NCBI GenBank assembly: GCA_011050465.1 | Contig: DRFQ01000010.1 | Location: forward strand, 15,514-79,513 | Direction of reading: 5' to 3' | From: Candidatus Nealsonbacteria bacterium | Lineage (GTDB): Bacteria > Patescibacteriota > Minisyncoccia > Minisyncoccales > RBG-13-36-15 | Length of the DNA: 64,000 bases | Part shown: piece after piece, positions 55,732 through 64,000 of the stretch | Numbering within the stretch: the first letter of the stretch is position 1 | How the letters are laid out: the number at the start of each line of letters is the position of its first letter | The notes under the pieces: generated by a model | The model's database searches: none | The model's input: only the letters and a program-made list of their open reading frames with translations | Told to the model about the DNA's origin: nothing | Program-made: the position numbers and the translations under genes

Positions 55732-55846
55732 ATTTAGCCATTGCTCAATTATTGTTTAACGTCGGGTGTTCAACATGGGCGGCCCAGCTAAGCTGGGTCG
55801 CCTTATTGATTTTTCTGAAAACTTAGAGTATGATGTAAGACTCAAT

Positions 55847-58840
55847 ATGTCCCAAGATTTTATAAAAATCAGAGGAGCTCGAGTCCATAACCTAAAAAAC
55901 ATTGACGTCGATATTCCTAAAAATAAATTGGTGGTTATCACCGGTATTTCAGGTTCTGGCAAATCGTCTTTAGCATTTGATATCTTATATGCTGAAGGCC
56001 AAAGAAGATATGTTGAATCATTATCTGCTTATGCCAGGCAATTTTTGGGAATAATGCAAAAGCCTGATGTGGAAAAAATAGAAGGGATATCACCTGCCAT
56101 TTCTATTGACCAAAGAAAATCAGCCCATAATCCTAGATCTACCGTTGGCACAATTACCGAAATTTATGATTATCTAAGACTATTGTTTGCTAGGGCCGGT
56201 AAACCCCACTGTCCAAAGTGTAAAAAATTAGTTGCCCGTCAAACCATTGATCAAATAGTTGAACAAATCCTGAAATTGTCTAAACCCAGCACCAGAGCGA
56301 AACCCAGCACCAGAGCCGAGCACGGTGCTGGACCAGCCCGAGACCCGAACAAAGCATCTGGTGCGGGGAAAACCGAAATTACTATTTTAGGCCCAATTAT
56401 TCGCAGCCAGAAAGGCGAGCATCGAGGCTTAATAGAGGAAATTCAAAGAGGAGGATTTATTCGGGTGAGAATTGATGGTATCATTTACCGAACAGAGGAG
56501 GCCTTAGAAAAATCATTAGACAAAAAGAAGAAACATGATATTGAGGTGGTGGTAGATAGATTAATGATTGAGAAAAGTTTGGATAAATCTCGGTTGGTTG
56601 ATTCATTAGAGACAGCCTTGAAATTAGGAAAGGGCATCGTAATAGTAAATCAGAAACTTTTCATTGCGAAGCAATTGCCCATTGTTCGCACACAGCAAGG
56701 AGCGGAACGATTGGTTCATAAATCTAAAAATCTGAAATCTAATGACTTAATTTTCAGCGAGCATTTCGCCTGTGAGGAATGCAGTGTTTCTTTGCCGGAA
56801 TTGGAGCCCCGTCTTTTTTCTTTCAATTCTCCTTATGGAGCCTGTCCGGCCTGCCATGGATTGGGGGAAAAATTAGAAGTTGACCCAAAATTAGTTATCC
56901 CTAATCATAATTTAACAATTGCTGAAGGCGCTATTAGGCCCTGGATGAAGGCTTCTCATAAGATAGGGAGACAAAGTTATTTCTGGTGGAAATTATCTGA
57001 TTTGGCAGAAAGGCTTAAATTTTCTTTAACAGATTCCGTTAAAAATTTACCTCAAGAAATCATTCAGATTATTCTATATGGCGATGAGGAGTTTGAGGGA
57101 GTGATTCCTTCGTTGGAACGAAGATATCGAGAAACTGAATCAGATTACACTCGGGAAGAGATTAAGCAATACATGATAGAAAAGAAATGTGAGCAGTGCC
57201 AGGGAAAAAGGTTGAAGCCGGAAGTTTTGGCAGTAACAGTCGCTGAAAAATCAATTAATCAAATAGTTGAGACAAGCATCGAGAGATTAAAAGTGTTTCT
57301 CAGCGGGTTGTTAAGCTCTAAGTCTCGTGCCTCAAAGCCTGACGAGATAAAAATCATCCAACCAATTATTAAGGAAATTATAAATAGATTACAATTTCTG
57401 ATTGATGTTGGGCTTGGTTATTTGACCCTGAACCGTAAAGCTGGCACTTTAGCTGGAGGCGAGGAACAGAGAATAAGGCTAGCCACCCAAATTGGATCAA
57501 AGCTTACCGGGGTTTTGTATATTTTAGATGAACCATCGGTAGGCCTTCATTCCCGAGACCAGGACAGACTAATTAAAATATTGAAGAAATTAAGAGATAC
57601 GGGCAATACCATTGTAGTTGTTGAACATGATCCCCGGACAATAAGGGCAGCTGACTGGATTATTGATGTTGGTCCTGGGGCCGGGAAACACGGGGGAAGA
57701 ATTATCTTTAAAGGCACACCAAAAAAGCTGCTTGAAGCCCATACTTTGACGGGGGATTATATGTCCGGGAGGAAGAAAGTGAAAATAAGTCATGGTAGTC
57801 AAAAAAGCCATAAGAGTTTTACAGCTGCCACAGCTCCTATGGCTCAATATCTCATAATCAAAGGCGCGCAAGAGCATAACCTTAAGAATATTGATGTGAA
57901 GATTCCTCTTGGTAAATTTATTTGTATTACCGGAGTTTCAGGGTCTGGCAAGAGTTCTTTGATGAATGATGTTTTGGCCCGGGCTTTATTGAAAAAGTTT
58001 TATAGAGCCAAAGAAGAACCAGGCAAACACAAAGAAATCTCTGGAATTGAAAATTTAAATAAAGTAGTTTTAATTGACCAATCACCAATTGGCCGTACTC
58101 CCAGGTCAAATCCCGCAACTTATACGGGATCTTTCTTTTTCATTAGAGAGCTTTTTTCACAAAGTCGGGAGGCCAGGATTAAAGGATACTTACCCGGCCG
58201 ATTTAGTTTTAACGTTAAAGGAGGAAGATGTGAAAATTGCGAGGGACAGGGTCAAATTAAGATTGAAATGTATTTTTTACCGGATGTATATATTCAATGT
58301 CAAGAATGTCAGGGGAAAAGATTCAATAAAGAAACCCTAACCATTGAATATAGGGGAAAGAATATTGCCGATGTCTTAAAAATGACAGTAGAAGGAGCTT
58401 TAGATTTTTTTAAAAATATTCCCGGACTTTATCTAAAACTCAAAACTTTGAATGATGTTGGTTTAAGCTATCTTCAACTAGGACAACCTGCCCCTTCTTT
58501 GTCGGGAGGAGAAGCTCAGAGAATTAAATTAGCTGCCGAACTCTCAAAAAAGGGGACCGGCAGAACTTTATATATTTTGGACGAACCAACAACTGGCCTT
58601 CATCCAGACGATATTAAAAAATTACTTTTCGTCTTGAAAGAGTTAGTTAATAAAAACAATACTGTTCTTTGTATTGAGCATAATTTAGATGTAATAAAAA
58701 ATGCTGACTGGATTTTAGATTTAGGGCCAGAGGGAGGTGAACAAGGAGGATATATCGTGGCCGAAGGAGACCCAGCTAAAATTACAAATAATAGAAAAAG
58801 CCACACCGGAAGATATTTAAAGGCCGTACTTAATGCTTAA
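55847..58840 (+). CDS. uvrA: Excinuclease ABC subunit A
   Basis: Start re-set to ATG 55847 ([24 protein letters not shown]...). Two ABC ATPase modules ([20 protein letters not shown]), zinc modules (CPKCKK, CEEC...[12 protein letters not shown]...CQEC). Confidence 0.95.
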   Translation: MSQDFIKIRGARVHNLKNIDVDIPKNKLVVITGISGSGKSSLAFDILYAEGQRRYVESLSAYARQFLGIMQKPDVEKIEGISPAISIDQRKSAHNPRSTVGTITEIYDYLRLLFARAGKPHCPKCKKLVARQTIDQIVEQILKLSKPSTRAKPSTRAEHGAGPARDPNKASGAGKTEITILGPIIRSQKGEHRGLIEEIQRGGFIRVRIDGIIYRTEEALEKSLDKKKKHDIEVVVDRLMIEKSLDKSRLVDSLETALKLGKGIVIVNQKLFIAKQLPIVRTQQGAERLVHKSKNLKSNDLIFSEHFACEECSVSLPELEPRLFSFNSPYGACPACHGLGEKLEVDPKLVIPNHNLTIAEGAIRPWMKASHKIGRQSYFWWKLSDLAERLKFSLTDSVKNLPQEIIQIILYGDEEFEGVIPSLERRYRETESDYTREEIKQYMIEKKCEQCQGKRLKPEVLAVTVAEKSINQIVETSIERLKVFLSGLLSSKSRASKPDEIKIIQPIIKEIINRLQFLIDVGLGYLTLNRKAGTLAGGEEQRIRLATQIGSKLTGVLYILDEPSVGLHSRDQDRLIKILKKLRDTGNTIVVVEHDPRTIRAADWIIDVGPGAGKHGGRIIFKGTPKKLLEAHTLTGDYMSGRKKVKISHGSQKSHKSFTAATAPMAQYLIIKGAQEHNLKNIDVKIPLGKFICITGVSGSGKSSLMNDVLARALLKKFYRAKEEPGKHKEISGIENLNKVVLIDQSPIGRTPRSNPATYTGSFFFIRELFSQSREARIKGYLPGRFSFNVKGGRCENCEGQGQIKIEMYFLPDVYIQCQECQGKRFNKETLTIEYRGKNIADVLKMTVEGALDFFKNIPGLYLKLKTLNDVGLSYLQLGQPAPSLSGGEAQRIKLAAELSKKGTGRTLYILDEPTTGLHPDDIKKLLFVLKELVNKNNTVLCIEHNLDVIKNADWILDLGPEGGEQGGYIVAEGDPAKITNNRKSHTGRYLKAVLNA

Positions 58841-58868
58841 CCCTTCACCTTTCGCTAAAGGTGAAGGG
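58841..58868. repeat. 28-nt palindrome, copy 2 (cccttcaccttt-cgc-taaaggtgaaggg), directly after the uvrA stop
   Basis: Same arms as 28358-28385. Confidence 0.85.
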
Positions 58869-58885
58869 GCTGATCCCGTAGAGAA

Positions 58886-59027
58886 GTCCCGCACTGAAAG
58901 AACTTTAGTGCGGGACTGCGCCTCCTTCGTCGCTTGTTATTCGAAACCTGCCCCGTAGTGAGCCCCGCACCAGAACGAAGTTCGGTGCGGGACTAGTCCA
59001 GAACCGAGCTCTGCTCTGGTTCTGGGC
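58886..59027. repeat. Cluster of GC-rich hairpin elements
   Basis: gtcccgcac-tgaaagaacttta-gtgcgggac (58886-58916), cctgccccgtag core (58947-58958), bipartite element ccccgcaccagaacgaagttcggtgcgggactagtccagaaccgagctctgctctggttctggg (58963-59027). Confidence 0.8.
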
Positions 59028-59185
59028 TTGTTCTACTGCGAGGTTCTTCTACCGTGATTGACAAATTATTTAAAATAAATTAAGCTTTATAGAGTATTAA
59101 TCTAAACTTTCAATAGTTAACAGTCCTTAAAAGATTTTTAATATTATTTATTATTTACTGTTCACTGCTGTCTGTTTATTAATTT

Positions 59186-61185
<2,000 letters not shown>

Positions 61186-61202
61186 GTTTCCTGATTATTT
61201 TA

Positions 61203-61232
61203 CCCCGCCCCCGCTTAGCGGGATGGGCGGGG
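61203..61232 (+). terminator. GC-rich hairpin after groEL
   Basis: ccccgccc-ccgcttagcgggat-gggcgggg (nested ccgc/gcgg). Confidence 0.55.
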
Positions 61233-61291
61233 CTGCGTCCCCCACGCCAACCTTTGGTAGTGGGGCTTTTGTTTTGGGGCTTATTGGCCTG

Positions 61292-61322
61292 CCCAGCCGC
61301 ACAATCAAGTTGTGCGGCTGGG
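61292..61322. repeat. Perfect 13-bp-stem hairpin cccagccgcacaa-tcaag-ttgtgcggctggg
   Basis: Read directly. Shares the CCCAGC...GCTGGG arm type with the uvrA/uvrC element family. Confidence 0.7.
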
Positions 61323-61358
61323 TTTGTATTTGGAATATTTTGAGGTATAATATAATCA

Positions 61359-62135
61359 ATGATAAGATTCGGTGGAAAACCTGTGGGGGATTCAGATCCT
61401 TCGAGTGAAAAATCAAAGATTGCAGAGGTCATTTCAATTACTGCTCATCAGTTAAGACATCCGATATCAGTGATAAAAAATTATCTCGAGGCTTTGGGTT
61501 CGGAAGATTTCGGAGAGTTGAACCCGAAACAGAAAGAATACATCGGAGATGCCCTCGAAAATGTTAAACGCATGACAGAAACAGTCAATCATCTTTTAGA
61601 TATCTCCAGGGTTGAAGAAGGGAGATATGAACTTAAATTAGAGCCCATATCTTTAGTAGAAGTTACTGAATCTGTAGTTCGGGAATTGGGTTTTTGGGCC
61701 GAGGCTTCTAATTGTAAAATTGTATTTCAACAACCAAGAGAAATTTTACCGTCAGTTCTTACAGATCCTTTGAAGATTAAACAGGTAGTGGAAAATTTAA
61801 TTACTAATGCTATCAAATATAAGAAAGCAGGACAGGAGATAGTAGAAATAACCTTAATGAAAAAAGGGAAAGAAATGGTTTTCTCTTGTAAAGATAATGG
61901 AATAGGTATTCCCAAAGAGGATTCCAAAAAGGTCTTCTCAAAATTTTATCGTTCAGAAGAAGCAATGGAAATAGATCCTACCGGTGCCGGGCTCGGACTT
62001 TATTTAAATCAGGCAATAGTTGAGGCTAGTGGAGGAAGAATCTGGTTTTCTAGAAATAGAGATTTTGGAATGACCTTTTCTTTTAGTCTTCCTATTTTTT
62101 CAGCCTCTGTCTTTATCACCAGAAAAACTTATTAG
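61359..62135 (+). CDS. Soluble sensor histidine kinase (HisKA + HATPase_c only, no TM or sensor domain)
   Basis: 258 aa. H-box ITAHQLRHPISVI, N-box NLITNAIKY, DNGIGIP (G1), GAGLGLYL (G2). TATAAT at 61346-61351, 7 nt upstream of the ATG. Confidence 0.85.
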   Translation: MIRFGGKPVGDSDPSSEKSKIAEVISITAHQLRHPISVIKNYLEALGSEDFGELNPKQKEYIGDALENVKRMTETVNHLLDISRVEEGRYELKLEPISLVEVTESVVRELGFWAEASNCKIVFQQPREILPSVLTDPLKIKQVVENLITNAIKYKKAGQEIVEITLMKKGKEMVFSCKDNGIGIPKEDSKKVFSKFYRSEEAMEIDPTGAGLGLYLNQAIVEASGGRIWFSRNRDFGMTFSFSLPIFSASVFITRKTY

Positions 62136-62278
62136 TTTGTTTGATTTCATTTCATTCAATTATGTCTCATAACAAACCAAAGTATTAATGGTTGAGGAAG
62201 ACTCCGGCACCAGAACTCACTCCGTTCGTTCGGTGCGGGGCAAGAATAAGAACTATAATACTTTTGTCTCATTTACCC

Positions 62279-62665
62279 ATGTCTAACCCAAAGCTAAAAA
62301 TCTTAATGGTTGAGGAAGACCGATTTTTAAGAAAAATCTATCGGGATAAATTCTCTCGGCTAGGTTTTGAGTTTTTGGAAGCAACCAACGGAGAAGAAGG
62401 TTTAAATAAGGTTATTTACGAGAAACCCGATTTAGTCATATTAGACTTAATGTTGCCCAAGAAAAATGGTTTTGACGTTTTAATCGATATTAAAAATAAC
62501 AAAAATACCCAAAAAATCCCGGTAATTATTCTTTCTAATCTTGGCCAAGAGTCTGATATAAAAAGAGGTTTCTCTTTGGGGGCTGCAAGCTATCTAGTGA
62601 AAACTGAAGTCAGTCTATCTGGGATAGTAGAAGAAGTGAAAGAACAAATAGCCAAAAATAGATAG
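62279..62665 (+). CDS. Single-domain response regulator (receiver only)
   Basis: MSNPKLKILMVEEDRFL..., DLVILDLMLP (phospho-acceptor Asp), YLVKT. The track ORF starts at TTG 62192 inside a repeat insert. Confidence 0.85.
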   Translation: MSNPKLKILMVEEDRFLRKIYRDKFSRLGFEFLEATNGEEGLNKVIYEKPDLVILDLMLPKKNGFDVLIDIKNNKNTQKIPVIILSNLGQESDIKRGFSLGAASYLVKTEVSLSGIVEEVKEQIAKNR

Positions 62666-62676
62666 TTTTCTGTTAG

Positions 62677-64000
62677 ATGATAAAAATAACCGAACAATTT
62701 CTAAAAAAAATTTTAGTAAAACCAGATTTAATTTCAAAAAAGGATTTTAATTTAATCAAGAAAAAGGCCCTGGCAGAAAAAGAATCTTTAATTGAGGTGA
62801 TTCTGGACCAGGGCCTAATTTCTGATGAACAATTTGGTCGTTTAGTCGCCGACGAAATTAAATTTTCTTTCGTTGATCTCAAAAAAATAAAAATTAAAAA
62901 AGAGATACTTAATATCATTCCTGAGATCATGGCTCGCCATCAAGAGATTATCGTTTTTGAGAGGACTAAAGAGGGTTTGAAAGTTGCTCTCACTAATCCT
63001 CAGAACTTAGAATTAAGAGAATTTATTGAGAAGAAAACCGGAGAAAAGGTTTTGCCTTATTATACAACCAAAAAAAATATTCAAGAAACTTTAAAATATT
63101 ACAAGAAAGAAATTCAAGAAATTTTTAATGAACTAATAGATAAAGCCTTAAAAGAATCGAAAAAAACCACCAAGGCCGAACCATTGCCTATAATTAGAAT
63201 GGCCGATCTGATTTTAAATTATGGTTATGAAAATCGGGCTTCCGATATTCACTTCGAACCCTATAAGAAAAAGGCTATTTTAAGATATCGTATTGACGGG
63301 GTTTTGTACGATGTTTTAACTGTATCAAAAATTATCCACGGTTTTTTAGTATCTAGAATTAAAATTATTTCTAAACTTCGCACTGATATTCATGAGGCCG
63401 CCCAAGACGGCCATTTTTCATTTTCTGTTCCCCAAGAAAAAGTTGATGTCAGAGTTTCTATTGTTCCAATTGAAGAAGGAGAAAAAGTGGTTTTAAGACT
63501 TTTATCAGAAAGAGCTCGGAGATTCGAACTGGAGGGCTTGGGAGTGGAACAGAGAGAAATAGGAATTATCAAGAAAAATATTAAAAAATCTTGGGGAATG
63601 GTTTTAGTTTCTGGTCCGACCGGATGTGGAAAAACCACAACTTTATATGCCATTTTAAAAATTTTAAACACTCGCAAGGTTAACATTTGTACTATTGAAG
63701 ATCCTATTGAATATGATATTGAAGGCGTTAATCAAATTCAGGTTAATTTCAAGACAGGCCTCACTTTCTCTAAGGGTCTAAGGGCAATAATGCGTCAGGA
63801 CCCAAATATTATTATGGTTGGCGAGATTAGAGACCAAGAGACCGTCAAATTGGCAGTAAATGCGGCAATGACAGGTCATTTAGTTTTATCTACTTTTCAT
63901 GCAACAGATGCAGCTACCACCTTACTCCGGCTTTTAGAGATGGGAACTGAACCGTTTTTAATTTCTACAACTCTAAATTTAATTATTGCCCAGAGACTGG
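62677..64000 (+). CDS. Second GspE/PilB-family secretion/pilus ATPase (partial; continues past the right edge)
   Basis: Absent from the ORF track because it is open at the window end. Manual translation from ATG 62677: MIKITEQFLKKILVKPDLISKKDF...ASDIHFEP...RVSIVPIEEGEKVVLRLL...GPTGCGKTTTLYAIL...MVGEIRDQET...GHLVLSTFHA. Confidence 0.85.
   Translation, partial: MIKITEQFLKKILVKPDLISKKDFNLIKKKALAEKESLIEVILDQGLISDEQFGRLVADEIKFSFVDLKKIKIKKEILNIIPEIMARHQEIIVFERTKEGLKVALTNPQNLELREFIEKKTGEKVLPYYTTKKNIQETLKYYKKEIQEIFNELIDKALKESKKTTKAEPLPIIRMADLILNYGYENRASDIHFEPYKKKAILRYRIDGVLYDVLTVSKIIHGFLVSRIKIISKLRTDIHEAAQDGHFSFSVPQEKVDVRVSIVPIEEGEKVVLRLLSERARRFELEGLGVEQREIGIIKKNIKKSWGMVLVSGPTGCGKTTTLYAILKILNTRKVNICTIEDPIEYDIEGVNQIQVNFKTGLTFSKGLRAIMRQDPNIIMVGEIRDQETVKLAVNAAMTGHLVLSTFHATDAATTLLRLLEMGTEPFLISTTLNLIIAQRL

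Noticed and set aside
55766-55846. Upstream start of uvrA at 55766 ([27 protein letters not shown])
   Set aside because: The extension runs through a GC-rich hairpin (ggcggcccagctaagctgggtcgcc) just after the upstream gene. The conserved UvrA N-terminus begins at ATG 55847.
62192-62278. Upstream TTG start of the response regulator (MRKTPAPELTPFVRCGARIRT...)
   Set aside because: The extension is a translation of the hairpin insert. The receiver domain begins at ATG 62279, which is preceded by a TATAAT box.

Overview
AT-rich window (roughly one-third G+C by eye) with the gene content of a streamlined, Patescibacteria/CPR-like bacterium; that assignment is inference from gene content only. Most of it is housekeeping: valS, recG, ligA, a SEDS protein, rpoB-rpoC, ftsK, recA, rpsF-ssb-rpsR, ychF, trpS, RNase J, secG, uvrC, uvrA, groES-groEL and five tRNAs. 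The main accessory block is a secretin-less type IV pilus locus at 8.0-22.1 kb: comFC, pilMNO, pilB, a CheY-like regulator, pilT, pilC, three tandem pilin paralogs (one with a dockerin-like tail), pilD and four minor pilins. A second PilB/GspE-type ATPase follows a histidine kinase/response regulator pair at the right edge. A 1020-aa Cys-rich surface protein with an HExxH motif lies between uvrC and uvrA. The most unusual signal is not a gene. Several families of short GC-rich hairpin elements with CCCC(G)...(C)GGGG clamps occur in intergenic DNA and, in-frame, inside essential genes (rpoC, ligA, uvrA, uvrC, recG, pilD, pilin leaders). This resembles Rickettsia palindromic elements. There are also conserved AT-rich word-repeat modules that exactly fill stop-to-start gaps inside operons, CAATGTA tandem arrays containing ATG-stop pairs, TATAAT boxes placed at leaderless spacing from start codons, an inverted-repeat-flanked frameshifted four-helix-bundle gene, and 18-nt duplications at a tRNA-Ser 3' end and a regulator gene 5' end. 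All calls come from reading the sequence and the ORF track; no database search was run.
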